Assembly (NCBI GenBank): GCA_049660945.1
Contig: JBASZO010000015.1
Span: 1,338-65,337 of the forward strand
Direction: 5' to 3'
DNA from: Candidatus Saccharimonas sp.
Lineage (GTDB): Bacteria > Patescibacteriota > Saccharimonadia > Saccharimonadales > Saccharimonadaceae
Length of the DNA: 64,000 nucleotides
Notes under the pieces: generated by a model
What the model saw: the letters and a program-made list of their open reading frames with translations, nothing else
The model's database searches: none
What the model was told of the DNA's origin: nothing
Part shown: one piece after another, positions 44,749-55,010 of the stretch
Position numbering within the stretch: the stretch's first letter is position 1
How the letters are laid out: the number at the start of each line of letters is the position of its first letter
Made by a program: the position numbers and the translations under genes

Positions 44749-45473
44749 TCGCAGGTGACCAGCCGCAATGCTTTCCGGACAGCGTACTGGTAGCAGTATC
44801 TTCTCGTAGTGACGGCACTGTACTTGATCGAACGCTGAGCGATAAGCATGATATGCGCGTCGTGCAGAACCGTAAGAATTTTGTGCAACAGGCTGGCGGC
44901 AGTTATGAATCGAGTGTTTACCAAGTGATTTTATATGGTGACGACCAGACATATGATGTCATTTCCGAGGTTGATCGCCCTGACATCGAAGGCGTCTGTG
45001 CAGATGCGCTCTATACAGAAACTTCTAGTGTTGGGCTATTTCTGCCTGTTGCAGACTGTGTAGCTACGGTTGTATATGATCCTGCTCGACGAGCGCTTGC
45101 CCTCGCACACTTAGGGCGTCATGCTTCTATAGCTCGGTTGACGACAAAGCTCATTATGTTTATGGGCGATAAGGGGAGTAATGTTCAGGATCTCATTGTA
45201 TGGATGGCACCAAGCGTTGGGCGCGACTCGTATCGCATGGAGTACTTTGCCCATCGCGATGAGCCAGAGTGGCAGCCGTTCGTAACCGTTCGCGATGACG
45301 GAATCTATTTGGATCTCGCAGGGTTTAACGCTCAGCTTGCTGAATCTTGTGGTGTTTTACCGAATAATATTCACCGATCGTCTGTCGATACTGCGCAAGA
45401 TCCAAATTACTTTTCGCATTCACAGGGTGATGTTGCGGGTCGTTTCGCGGTATTTGCGCAAATACGTCCGTAA
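44745..45473 (+). CDS. pgeF: Laccase-domain / peptidoglycan editing factor PgeF (YfiH, DUF152) family
   Basis: VADCVATVVYDP...ALAHLGRH... and YFSHSQGD are typical of DUF152. ATGA overlap with the rsmA stop. Confidence 0.75.
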   Translation: MIAGDQPQCFPDSVLVAVSSRSDGTVLDRTLSDKHDMRVVQNRKNFVQQAGGSYESSVYQVILYGDDQTYDVISEVDRPDIEGVCADALYTETSSVGLFLPVADCVATVVYDPARRALALAHLGRHASIARLTTKLIMFMGDKGSNVQDLIVWMAPSVGRDSYRMEYFAHRDEPEWQPFVTVRDDGIYLDLAGFNAQLAESCGVLPNNIHRSSVDTAQDPNYFSHSQGDVAGRFAVFAQIRP

Positions 45474-45523
45474 CTCACCCCTCTGTTACATCTAGCTGAC
45501 CTCTGGTATACTGAAATATAGAA

Positions 45524-47014
45524 ATGACGAAAAAACTCTACATCACAACTGCAATACCCTATGCAAATGCCAAACCTCATATCGGCAATGCACTTGATTA
45601 CCTCATTGCCGATATTTGGGCGCGGTATCAGCGACAAAACGACAATGAAGTACGATTTCAGGTAGGTACTGACGAACACGGCAACAAAATTGCCGCCAAA
45701 GCTGGCGAGGCTGGGCTAGAACCGCAGGCGTATGTCGATGGTATGTACGGTAACTTCGAGTCTCTCATGCGTGCTGTAGGTGCCGATTTTACCGACTTCA
45801 TCCGTACTACGGACGGCCACCACAAGGGTGCTGTACAGTATATTTGGCAGCAGCTCGAGCAGGCAGGCCTGATCTACAAAGGGTCGTACGAAGGGTGGTA
45901 CTGCACGGGCTGTGAGAACTTTGTCTCAGACAAAGAAGCTGCCGAGAACAACGGCATTTGCCCTGATCACCAGAAGCCGTATGAGCGTCTGAGTGAAGAA
46001 AATTATTATTTCAAAGCGAGTCAGTTCAACGAGCAAATTCACCAAGCAATTGAGTCGGACAAACTGCGTATCGTTCCTGAGTTTCGCAAAAAAGAATTCT
46101 TAGAGTTGATCAAAGACGGCGTGAAAGATGTATCGGTATCTCGACCTCGCAAAAATCTTTCGTGGGGGGTTAGTGTGCCGGGCGACGAGACTCAGGTAAT
46201 GTACGTCTGGCTTGATGCTCTTTCGAATTACATCACCGTGTTGGGATACCCGGATCGTCCAGAGTGGCAAGAGTTTTGGCCAGCAAACGTGCAAGTAATC
46301 GGTAAAGATATTTTACGGTTTCATGCAGGTATTTGGCCAGCAATGCTGCTTGGGCTTGGCCTGCCGTTGCCAAAAGCACTGCTCGTACACGGACATGTAA
46401 ATGTTGGCGGCACAAAGATGAGCAAGTCTGTAGGAAACGTGGTTGACCCTATGGAGATTATCCAACAGTACGGTGTCGATGCATTTCGTTACTACTTTAG
46501 TCGACACATTCCCACGCAGGAAGACGGTGACTTTACCTGGGAAAAGTTCGAGAACGCCTATAACAACGAGCTTGGCAATGATCTAGGTAACCTAGTTCAG
46601 CGCGTTGCAGCGATGATTACACGCTACCAAGCCGGTGTTATTGGTGAGGCTCCACAAACCGAGCACGACATGGGTCCATACCGTGACGCGATGAATGCAT
46701 ACGAGTTCAACCGTGCCCTCGATGAAGTATGGGTGACAATTCGTGCACTTAATCAATATCTCGAAACAGTTAAGCCGTGGCAGATTGCAAAAACACGAGA
46801 GACCGATACGGAGGCAGCCGAACACCTCGAGGAAGTGTTAGCTCATGCGAGCGGTACGTTACTTCAAATTGCCGATCTCTTATTGCCGTTTATGCCGACA
46901 ACCGCAAAAGCAATTCATACAACATTTGAAACTGGTGTTGTACCCGCTTCATTTACGCCCTTGTTTCCTAAAGTGTACCTACATACGGTCGACCCTCGAG
47001 CACCAAAGGAATAG
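45524..47014 (+). CDS. metG: Methionine--tRNA ligase (short form)
   Basis: IPYANAKPHIGNAL (HIGH-type), zinc knuckle CTGCENF...CPDH, KMSKSVGN. Confidence 0.92.
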   Translation: MTKKLYITTAIPYANAKPHIGNALDYLIADIWARYQRQNDNEVRFQVGTDEHGNKIAAKAGEAGLEPQAYVDGMYGNFESLMRAVGADFTDFIRTTDGHHKGAVQYIWQQLEQAGLIYKGSYEGWYCTGCENFVSDKEAAENNGICPDHQKPYERLSEENYYFKASQFNEQIHQAIESDKLRIVPEFRKKEFLELIKDGVKDVSVSRPRKNLSWGVSVPGDETQVMYVWLDALSNYITVLGYPDRPEWQEFWPANVQVIGKDILRFHAGIWPAMLLGLGLPLPKALLVHGHVNVGGTKMSKSVGNVVDPMEIIQQYGVDAFRYYFSRHIPTQEDGDFTWEKFENAYNNELGNDLGNLVQRVAAMITRYQAGVIGEAPQTEHDMGPYRDAMNAYEFNRALDEVWVTIRALNQYLETVKPWQIAKTRETDTEAAEHLEEVLAHASGTLLQIADLLLPFMPTTAKAIHTTFETGVVPASFTPLFPKVYLHTVDPRAPKE

Positions 47015-47019
47015 CACGG

Positions 47020-47784
47020 ATGAAGTTTGTCGATACACATTGTCATCTCCACGACAGTGAGTTTTATCTCGAAGATAGAGAAGACGCATACATTCGGTCA
47101 ATCAAGGCTGAGGTAGCGATGATATGTGTAGGGACAAACGCACAAAGTTCGCGCGAAGCAGTGAAGTTCTGCCAATCTCACGCGAATACCTATCCAGTCG
47201 TAGGTATTCATCCGCACGATACGGCCACAGGTGACGTAGGTGAAATTCGTACACTTGTAGAAGAGTATCACGATACGATCATCGGTATAGGGGAGATAGG
47301 GCTGGATTATTTTTATACCCATAGCCCGCGTGAGCAACAAATCAAAGCACTGCGTCAGCAGCTGATGATTGCAAAAGAATTCAATTTGCCGGTTAGTTTT
47401 CATGTACGTGAGGCATTTGATGATTTTTGGCCTATACTCGATGAATTTCCTGGCATTCGTGGTGTTTTACATAGTTTCACTGATACGCAGGATAACTGTG
47501 ACGAGGCAATTCGTCGTGGCCTCTATATAGGAATAAATGGCATTAGTACTTTTACAAAAAATAGTGATCAGCAGCGATTGTTTGCACAATTACCGCTCGA
47601 AAAAATCCTTCTGGAAACAGATGCGCCATTCTTGACGCCAGTGCCATTTCGTGGTAAAGTGAATATACCAGCGTATGTAGGTAGAGTCGCGGAGTATCAG
47701 TCAGTCCAAAAGGGCTGTACTCTTGACGACGTCGCACAGATGACTACAGACAACGCTATGAAACTATTTGGAATTAGTCTATGA
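47020..47784 (+). CDS. tatD: TatD-family metal-dependent hydrolase
   Basis: FVDTHCHL, GEIGLDY, VSFHVREA, GVLHSF, ETDAPFL. Confidence 0.88.
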   Translation: MKFVDTHCHLHDSEFYLEDREDAYIRSIKAEVAMICVGTNAQSSREAVKFCQSHANTYPVVGIHPHDTATGDVGEIRTLVEEYHDTIIGIGEIGLDYFYTHSPREQQIKALRQQLMIAKEFNLPVSFHVREAFDDFWPILDEFPGIRGVLHSFTDTQDNCDEAIRRGLYIGINGISTFTKNSDQQRLFAQLPLEKILLETDAPFLTPVPFRGKVNIPAYVGRVAEYQSVQKGCTLDDVAQMTTDNAMKLFGISL

Positions 47785-48107
47785 ATAACAGCAAAGACCA
47801 GTATCGTATCCCTACTTCACCCGCTCCAGTTCCTGGAGAGGTCATCAGAACATATACCTCAGGCGACCAGCTGACAGCTGAGCAAGCGCTTGATATCGCA
47901 CTTGCCGCAGCGGGCGAAGCGCCTACTCGTCTCGACCCGACAAATATTGACCAGGCGCGAGTTGAGCAGCAAACAGCATTCGGTGCCGCAACTGTACAGG
48001 TTGCCGTAGCCGAGCAGCCTCGCGTTACTCTCGACACTAGCCCTGAAGTGCTCCGCCAGTTTGGCGCCAACGTACAAAAGATGCGCACATGGGAGATGGC
48101 TGCGTAA
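47781..48107 (+). CDS. Hypothetical protein (108 aa)
   Basis: ORF-track entry, overlaps the tatD stop. No family recognised. Confidence 0.4.
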   Translation: MNNSKDQYRIPTSPAPVPGEVIRTYTSGDQLTAEQALDIALAAAGEAPTRLDPTNIDQARVEQQTAFGAATVQVAVAEQPRVTLDTSPEVLRQFGANVQKMRTWEMAA

Positions 48108-48123
48108 GCAGAGGCGAACTGCC

Positions 48124-48555
48124 ATGGCATCTGTATTACAAAAGGCATATCAACTACTCGTTGGGGACGATGCCAACGTTGATTGGCTGAAACTTCCAAA
48201 GAAGCGTACGCTAAAGAAATTCACAGAACGTGAGTTGTTGACGCTCGAGAGTGAGATAGGCTCGAAACTTTTCGGACCGATTCCCGAAGGTCACCGACGT
48301 GAATTCTTTTGTCTAGATGAAAAAACATGGATTTGGCACGAAGAGTGGCTAGACGAGAAAAAGAAACTAGAAACAAGTACAGTTCGATACGAAATTAACG
48401 AACACGGTGTGCTGAAAGTACAAGAAGGTGCGCGCTATAGTTACCTAGAAGGCGAAGAGCTACAGAATTTCGGTGTTGCTATTCGCATGTACTATGAACA
48501 GGTTGCCCGCGGTGTATATAATCGCGATCCCGCAACTGGCCAAAAATTGGTATAA
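48124..48555 (+). CDS. Hypothetical protein (143 aa)
   Basis: Internal ATG 48124 chosen to avoid overlap with the previous ORF. No family recognised. Confidence 0.45.
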   Translation: MASVLQKAYQLLVGDDANVDWLKLPKKRTLKKFTERELLTLESEIGSKLFGPIPEGHRREFFCLDEKTWIWHEEWLDEKKKLETSTVRYEINEHGVLKVQEGARYSYLEGEELQNFGVAIRMYYEQVARGVYNRDPATGQKLV

Positions 48556-48567
48556 TAGAGGATAAGT

Positions 48568-49722
48568 ATGAGCGAGTTGTATTATCTCGATCACGCGGCA
48601 GCAACACCGCTGGATGCTAGAGTGCTTGCGGCAATGCAGCCGTACTTTAGCGAACAGTTTTTTAACCCTTCGAGTCCCTATGCACCAGCGGTAATAGTGC
48701 GGCGAACCTATGAAGATGCAAAGCATAGGCTCGCGATGTGTATCGGGGGAAAGGGTGACGAACTTGTCCTGACTGCAGGTGCGACTGAATCGATTAATCT
48801 GATGTTTGGCAGTGTTGAGGGGCATGTGGTCACAACAACAATTGAACATCCCGCAGTCATAGCGGCTGCAAAACAGCACGAGCATACGCTTGTGTCGGTG
48901 GATGCGAAAGGTCGGGTTGAACCTGCTATGATTGCAAAAGCGCTACGTCCTGACACGCAGCTCGTGAGCGTTGCACTTGCGAACAACGAAATTGGGACTA
49001 TACAACCCTTGCGTGACATCGCTACTGTTATAGAGACCGAACGTCGTCGTCGTGCAGACGCTGGCGACAATACACCACTCTATTTCCATAGCGATGCTTC
49101 ACAAGGTGTAGGGCAAATTGATGTGCATGTAGCGCGTTTAGGTGTGGATGCACTGACGGTAAATGCGGGCAAGTTGTATGGGCCTAAACAGACGGCGTTT
49201 TTGTGGGCAGCTCCTCACGTAAAGCTGCAACCGTATATCGTGGGCGGTGGACAAGAGCGTGGATTGCGCAGCGGTACTGAAAATGTTGCAAGTGTCATAG
49301 GGTTTGCAACGGCGCTTGAACTTGCGGTTGCGCATCGAAATTCTGAGTCGAAACGACTTACTTTGCTTCGTGATGCGATGCAGTCGGCGCTTACTCGCGC
49401 TTTTCCCGATGCGATCGTATCGGGTGCGCTCAAGAAGCGCTTGCCAGGGCATTTACACATATCATTTCCTATGCTTGATGCCGAACGTCTGATATTTGCT
49501 CTTGAGGTAAACGGTGTCATGGTGGCTACTGGTAGCGCATGTGCGGCAAATAAGGGAACGCGCAGTCATGTTTTGACGGCAATCGGTTTGGCTCCAGAAG
49601 TTGCAGATGGCAGCTTGCGTATTACGTTTGGGCGATTAAATGATAGTGAGACGTGTGCGCGAGCAACTGCTATACTAGTAGATACAATTACGCGTGAGCA
49701 AGAAAGGGTGGGTATACGGTAG
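48568..49722 (+). CDS. Cysteine desulfurase (class V aminotransferase, NifS/IscS-like)
   Basis: YLDHAATTP, TAGATESINL, HSDASQ, NAGKLYGPK (PLP Lys), SGTENV, SACA (catalytic Cys). Confidence 0.88.
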   Translation: MSELYYLDHAAATPLDARVLAAMQPYFSEQFFNPSSPYAPAVIVRRTYEDAKHRLAMCIGGKGDELVLTAGATESINLMFGSVEGHVVTTTIEHPAVIAAAKQHEHTLVSVDAKGRVEPAMIAKALRPDTQLVSVALANNEIGTIQPLRDIATVIETERRRRADAGDNTPLYFHSDASQGVGQIDVHVARLGVDALTVNAGKLYGPKQTAFLWAAPHVKLQPYIVGGGQERGLRSGTENVASVIGFATALELAVAHRNSESKRLTLLRDAMQSALTRAFPDAIVSGALKKRLPGHLHISFPMLDAERLIFALEVNGVMVATGSACAANKGTRSHVLTAIGLAPEVADGSLRITFGRLNDSETCARATAILVDTITREQERVGIR

Positions 49723-50336
49723 TGTCGTTTCTGAAGTACATCGTTGGGTTTATCATCCTACTCGCTCTTTCTGCATGGGCGGTCGGTTCCTTCCTTGGTC
49801 CTGATGATCTAGCGCAGTGTGGGTCTACGCCATCGAGCAAGCAAGGATGTGGCGCAGCAAATGCTATCGTTGCGGTGAGCGGCGGAGACACGTCGGCTCG
49901 AGCCGCCGAAGCGATTCGTCTTTACAAAAATGGTTGGGCGGATATACTTATATTCTCTGGTGCGGCTGCCGACAAGTCGGGACCTAGTAATGCCGAGGTG
50001 ATGCGTGATCAAGCAATTGATGCTGGAGTTGATCCTCTAAAAATTATCATAGAAAAAAACAGCCAGACAACAACCGAAAATGCAACCGAAACCACTGACA
50101 TTTTCGAAGAGTATGGTATAAAATCGGCGATTATCGTAACGAGCGGTTACCATGAACGTCGTGCAACGCTAGAGTTTGAGCGCCGTGCAACAGGAGTAAA
50201 GTTACGTAGTCACCCAGTTGCACATGACAAACACTGGGGGCCATGGTGGTGGCTTACTCCTACTGGCTGGTCGCTTGCGATTCCTGAGCTTGTGAAGTCT
50301 CTCATACTCTCGACTGGCGGAGTCGAAGAGCGGTGA
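49722..50336 (+). CDS. YdcF/ElyC/SanA (DUF218) family protein
   Basis: N-terminal TM anchor, AIVAVSGGD, T.ENA, IIVTSGYHERRA. Confidence 0.75.
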   Translation: MSFLKYIVGFIILLALSAWAVGSFLGPDDLAQCGSTPSSKQGCGAANAIVAVSGGDTSARAAEAIRLYKNGWADILIFSGAAADKSGPSNAEVMRDQAIDAGVDPLKIIIEKNSQTTTENATETTDIFEEYGIKSAIIVTSGYHERRATLEFERRATGVKLRSHPVAHDKHWGPWWWLTPTGWSLAIPELVKSLILSTGGVEER

Positions 50337-51370
50337 CACGTGTCTATGTCGGTATGAGCGGTGGGGTAGACTCGTCGCTCGCTGCTAGTTTGCTGGTTGA
50401 GCAAGGTTTTGAAGTCACAGGCGTCTATATGAAGAACTGGAGCCAAGATCTGCCCGGCATGAAGTGCCCATGGGCGGAGGATTTAGCTGATGCTAAGCGC
50501 GTGGCTGTGCAATTAGGAATTGATTTCAAAGTGTTTGATTTTGAGCGAGAATATAAGCAAAATGTCGTCGACTATATGGTCGACGAATACAAGGCTGGCC
50601 GTACGCCAAATCCTGATATCATGTGTAATCAAGAGGTAAAGTTCAAGCTCTTCCTAGAGGCGTCACTAGCTGATGGCGCGGACGTAATCGCCACTGGGCA
50701 TTATGCGCAGACCCGCGATGGCAAACTACTGAAGGCGGTCGATGATAACAAGGATCAGACCTACTTTTTATACCGCGTAACGAAGTCGGCACTTCAAAAG
50801 ACGCTGTTTCCACTTGGCGGATACACTAAAGAGCAGGTTCGCGAAATGGCGCGTGAGCGAAACTTGTGGACGGCAGCAAAAAAAGAGTCAATGGGCGTCT
50901 GCTTTGTTGGGAGTGTGAGTATGCGCGATTTTCTCGGTCAGTATGTCACTACACAGCCGGGAAATATCATCGACAAGCAAACTAACAAGGTTGTCGGTCG
51001 TCACGATGGGGCGATCTATTATACGCTCGGACAGCGTCATGGTCTCGATGTTGGCGGAGGCCTACCGTACTATGTTGTCGGTAAGGATATCGAAAAAAAC
51101 GAAGTGTATGTTAGTACGAGCCTCAACGATGAAGCAATGTGGAAGGACGTAACAGTGCTGCACTCGATGCATTTCATCGCCAATGAAGAACGCTTGGGTC
51201 GCTTTATGGTTCGTATGCGACACCGTGGTGCGCTTGTAGATGCAGAATTGCAAAAGAATGGCGATGACTACCTACTGCAGCTTGCTCATGCTGAGCGAGC
51301 TGTCACTCCTGGCCAATCGGTTGTACTATATAGTGACAATGAGTGTATTGGCGGTGGTATCGTCCGATAG
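50333..51370 (+). CDS. mnmA: tRNA 2-thiouridine(34) synthase
   Basis: VGMSGGVDSS, TPNPDIMCN, ATGHYA, KDQTYFL, ESMGVCF. Confidence 0.92.
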   Translation: MTRVYVGMSGGVDSSLAASLLVEQGFEVTGVYMKNWSQDLPGMKCPWAEDLADAKRVAVQLGIDFKVFDFEREYKQNVVDYMVDEYKAGRTPNPDIMCNQEVKFKLFLEASLADGADVIATGHYAQTRDGKLLKAVDDNKDQTYFLYRVTKSALQKTLFPLGGYTKEQVREMARERNLWTAAKKESMGVCFVGSVSMRDFLGQYVTTQPGNIIDKQTNKVVGRHDGAIYYTLGQRHGLDVGGGLPYYVVGKDIEKNEVYVSTSLNDEAMWKDVTVLHSMHFIANEERLGRFMVRMRHRGALVDAELQKNGDDYLLQLAHAERAVTPGQSVVLYSDNECIGGGIVR

Positions 51371-51405
51371 TTGCCGTCACTTAAGCGCAATGATATGCTG
51401 AGTAT

Positions 51406-51993
51406 ATGTTTAAAGCGTGGGCACGTCAGCAAACTGGTCGACAGGGGTTTACGATTGTTGAACTACTTATCGTCATCGTCATTATTGCAATCTTAGCTGC
51501 TATTACTATCGTGGCATTTCGAGGGGTGCAATCACGTGCTCGTGATTCGTCACGTACCAGCGCGGTACGGCAAATTCAAAAGTCACTCGAGCTGTACCGC
51601 CAGCAGTACGGCAGATACCCAGCGCACATCGGCGCAGGTACTAATGTACCGGTTGGGTTTACTGGCGTATGGGGTACAAGCTATTCATATAGTGTTGCAA
51701 CGGACGATTCTTGGCTACGTAATCTTACAAATGAAGGAACGGTCAAGACAGCTCCGCTTGATCCTACAAATGACAATACACACTATTTTGCGTATTGGTC
51801 TAGTGGACTGACGGGGTTAGGTAAATGCACAGAGCCATTTTATGTACTAACGGCCGTTGGCTACGAGACAACGGCAAATATACCCTCAGATTCTGCACAG
51901 TTAACTTGTACACTTGGCGGAACGACAGCGAACTGGACGACCTCTTCAGTACGTGCAGTTTTCTCTAACATTACTACCCCACCCGACCCTTGA
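51406..51993 (+). CDS. Type IV pilin / pseudopilin with prepilin N-terminal cleavage-methylation signal
   Basis: RQG-FTIVELLIVIVIIAILAAI is the class III signal peptide. Confidence 0.8.
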   Translation: MFKAWARQQTGRQGFTIVELLIVIVIIAILAAITIVAFRGVQSRARDSSRTSAVRQIQKSLELYRQQYGRYPAHIGAGTNVPVGFTGVWGTSYSYSVATDDSWLRNLTNEGTVKTAPLDPTNDNTHYFAYWSSGLTGLGKCTEPFYVLTAVGYETTANIPSDSAQLTCTLGGTTANWTTSSVRAVFSNITTPPDP

Positions 51994-52024
51994 TAGATAG
52001 AGAAAAAGCCAAACGGGGGAGTAG

Positions 52025-52327
52025 CTAGCGAGATTCAATAGCCAAAGCAAGGTCATCTTGCCATTGCCTGTACGCACCGATTACATCAGGCGAAACCAAA
52101 TCTTCATAGGCAGTCTCTGAGGCACGCTGGAGGCCGCGGTAGCGAGCGATACTATAGCGCAACTGCATACTTGCAAATACGCGTCGACCAAACGATCGTG
52201 CTCGAAGGGTCTTAACCGCATCATCAACTAGTTCTTGGCGCTCGATATGTCGTTTAATTACCTCACGCTCCACTGGATGGAACGGACAAGGGGGAAGTTC
52301 TATACTCATATAAGTACGCTCTATCAT
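52025..52327 (-). CDS. Hypothetical protein (about 95-100 aa)
   Basis: ORF-track entry. Start ambiguous (52327 or 52309). No family recognised. Confidence 0.4.
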   Translation of the reverse strand: MIERTYMSIELPPCPFHPVEREVIKRHIERQELVDDAVKTLRARSFGRRVFASMQLRYSIARYRGLQRASETAYEDLVSPDVIGAYRQWQDDLALAIESR

Positions 52328-52436
52328 AGAGTAAAGTCACCCCCCTCGTCAATTGATAGTCTCTGATAAATAAAAATCCCCGCGTCAGGGCTCGACCGAC
52401 ACGAATGTCAGGAGCTCTGAAACGGGGTTATTGTTG

Positions 52437-52904
52437 CTAGCAGCGATAGGCACTGATATTCCAGTTTGCCGCATCGTTGATCTTGTGGTTTCCGGAGCCG
52501 TAGTACTTGTACTTGTAGGCCCTTCCTACCCACAGAGACGTCCGAGCACAATAGCCTGGGCCAATGTAGAACCCATCGGTGTCCTGGAAGTACTTTGTAG
52601 AGGCCTCTCCCGGCTGGAGGATCTTGCTATAGCTCTGTCCCCACGAGCCAATGATGCCGATGCCGACCTTACCGGTATTCTTGAGGTATCCGCAGACAAA
52701 ACCAAGCGACCAATCACAGGCCGGTCCCTTTGCTGCCAAGCCTGTGGCCACTCCTTGCTGAGCTACCGCTGCTTGAGCCGCAGGAGCTGCACTCGCTTCC
52801 TGCGAGAATGAGGCCGCTCCAAGGATTAGAGCCAGCGCGGCAAGGATCAAGACGACCCGCTTGCCGAGGGTACGCATGCCCGTGAGGGCAAAACTACTCT
52901 GCAT
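52437..52904 (-). CDS. Small secreted Cys-containing protein in a G/C-rich insert
   Basis: ATG 52904 with AGGAG 8 nt upstream. Sec signal ...LILAALALILGAASFSQEASA-AP. The mature part is about 110 aa with 4 Cys and is Gly/Tyr-rich. No family recognised. Confidence 0.55.
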   Translation of the reverse strand: MQSSFALTGMRTLGKRVVLILAALALILGAASFSQEASAAPAAQAAVAQQGVATGLAAKGPACDWSLGFVCGYLKNTGKVGIGIIGSWGQSYSKILQPGEASTKYFQDTDGFYIGPGYCARTSLWVGRAYKYKYYGSGNHKINDAANWNISAYRC

Positions 52905-53069
52905 GGCGCACTGCTCCTGTCTGTGCTCTACGAAGTGCCGGTATCGACCGGCTGGGGGGTTCGCAAAACACAAAGAAAATAGTAACACTTAGAATCTAAT
53001 ATGTCAATGTTTTTTTAAATGTTTAGGGTACGATGTGATTTCTTGATAAAAATGCTATAATTAACAGAT

Positions 53070-55010
53070 ATGAACGCTCAAGAAATTCGTAACGCTTACA
53101 TCAAATTCTTTGTCGATCGTGGCCATGTGGTTGTTCCCCGTGCACCGCTAGTACTAAAGGACGACCCGACGACACTGTTCACCGGCAGTGGCATGCAGCC
53201 GATGATTCCCTATCTGCTTGGCCAGCCACACGCAGAGGGTAACCGAATCGCCGACAGTCAAATGTGCCTTCGTGCGCAGGATATCGATGACATTGGCGAC
53301 AATCGCCATACGACGTTCTTTGAGATGCTCGGAAACTGGAGCCTTGGTGATTACTTTAAAGACCAGCAGATCGAATGGATTGCTGAATTTTTGTTTGATG
53401 TGGTTGGTCTCGACGCGAGCAAAGTGTATGTATCGTGCTATATCGGCAACGAAGCATACGGCATACCACGCGACGAAGAAGCGATTCGCCTTTGGACAAA
53501 GGTGTTTGAGAGCCGAGGTATAGAGGCAAAGGTTGTCGAGCTCGGTACAGCAAAAGATGGCGATACGCTTGGTATGCAGGGCGGCAGAATCTTTTTGTAC
53601 GACGGCAAAGAAAACTGGTGGAGCCGTAATGGCAACGAAGAAAACACACCAATAGGCGACCCATGCGGTCCCGACAGCGAAATGTTTTATGATTTTGGCG
53701 AAGCTGCGCATGATCCAAGCTACGGCGAGCCTCATCCGGCAAGCGATTCTGGGCGATTCATGGAAATCGGCAACAACGTCTTTATGGCGTACCGCAAAGT
53801 CACCGAAGACCAGTTTGAAAAACTCGACAAGCCAAATATCGACCACGGCTCGGGTCTAGAGCGCATTGCAGCAGCTGCAATTGACAGCCCCGATGTCTAC
53901 AAAATAAGCCTTATGTGGCCAATTATCGAAAAACTGCAAGTTATTAGTGGCAAAAAATACGAAGACAATCTTGAATCAATGCGTGTGATTGCTGACCACC
54001 TTCGTGCAGCAACATTTTTGGCTGTAGACGGCTGTGTGCCGAGTAATAAGCAGCAGGGTTACGTGATGCGCCGCTTGGTTCGCCGTGCTATGGTAAAGGC
54101 TTTCGACCTTGGTGTCGAGCAGAATTTTGTCGAGCAGGTTATACCAGTTATTGCCGATTTGTACGCCGTCGACTACCCAGAAGTTGCCGAAAAGCGCGAC
54201 GAAGTGATTGCGGTGCTGATCAAAGAGGAAAAGGCGTTTCGCCAGACGCTTCGCAAGGGTCTCCGAGAGTTTGATAAGTATGCCAATGATGCAAAGCGTG
54301 CAGCAGTTCCTGCAGGTGATGGATTTGTAGGGGTAGGATATGCGGGTATGTCGGGGAGTGACTTATTTACTCTTTATGACACCTTTGGTTTTCCGGTGGA
54401 ATTATCTGTAGAGAACGCAACAAAGCAAGGAATACGTCTTTCAGAAACATGGCAGCAAGAATTCAACACCAAAATGGCCGAACAGCGTACTCGCTCACAA
54501 ACTGCAGCCAAAGGTACCTTTAAAGGTGGTCTTGGCGGGCAGACGCTGCAGCACAAAAAGTACCACACCGCGACCCACCTGATGTACCAAGCCCTTCGCG
54601 ACGTACTAGGAGACCATGTAGTCCAGCGCGGCAGCAACATTACCGAAGAGCGCCTACGTTTTGACTTTAGCCATGACCAAAAGGTCACGCCAGAACAAAT
54701 TGCTCAAGTAGAGCAAATCGTCAACGAACAGATTCAAAAAGATCTCAAGATCAGTTTTGCCGAGTATCCAACACAAGTGGCTCGTGAAGAAAAGGGAGCA
54801 CTAGGGCAATTTGGTGACCGGTACGGCGACACGGTTAAAGTTTATACGATGATCGCTGACGGTGAAGATAAGCCGTTTAGCTTCGAGATTTGCGGTGGTC
54901 CTCATGTCGATCATACACACCAACTTTGCGAAGATGGGAAGCGTTTCAAGATCATCAAGGAAGAGTCCTCAAGCGCCGGTATCCGTCGTATCAAAGCTGT
55001 ACTTGTCTAG
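53070..55010 (+). CDS. alaS: Alanine--tRNA ligase (646 aa, short form)
   Basis: IRNAYIKFF..RGH, FTGSGM, FEMLGNWS, editing-domain motifs HTATHL and CGGPHV. It ends soon after the editing domain. Confidence 0.9.
   Translation: MNAQEIRNAYIKFFVDRGHVVVPRAPLVLKDDPTTLFTGSGMQPMIPYLLGQPHAEGNRIADSQMCLRAQDIDDIGDNRHTTFFEMLGNWSLGDYFKDQQIEWIAEFLFDVVGLDASKVYVSCYIGNEAYGIPRDEEAIRLWTKVFESRGIEAKVVELGTAKDGDTLGMQGGRIFLYDGKENWWSRNGNEENTPIGDPCGPDSEMFYDFGEAAHDPSYGEPHPASDSGRFMEIGNNVFMAYRKVTEDQFEKLDKPNIDHGSGLERIAAAAIDSPDVYKISLMWPIIEKLQVISGKKYEDNLESMRVIADHLRAATFLAVDGCVPSNKQQGYVMRRLVRRAMVKAFDLGVEQNFVEQVIPVIADLYAVDYPEVAEKRDEVIAVLIKEEKAFRQTLRKGLREFDKYANDAKRAAVPAGDGFVGVGYAGMSGSDLFTLYDTFGFPVELSVENATKQGIRLSETWQQEFNTKMAEQRTRSQTAAKGTFKGGLGGQTLQHKKYHTATHLMYQALRDVLGDHVVQRGSNITEERLRFDFSHDQKVTPEQIAQVEQIVNEQIQKDLKISFAEYPTQVAREEKGALGQFGDRYGDTVKVYTMIADGEDKPFSFEICGGPHVDHTHQLCEDGKRFKIIKEESSSAGIRRIKAVLV

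Noticed and set aside
52431-52811. 126-aa plus-strand ORF opposite the secreted-protein gene. Similar long antisense ORFs occur at 57553-58494, 5220-5801, 38682-39224, 53154-53846, 18068-18556 and 28535-29083.
   Set aside because: They are shadow ORFs on the strand opposite genes with clear family signatures or signal peptides. They have odd composition (Arg/Ser/Cys-rich), lack an RBS, and overlap the real genes completely.
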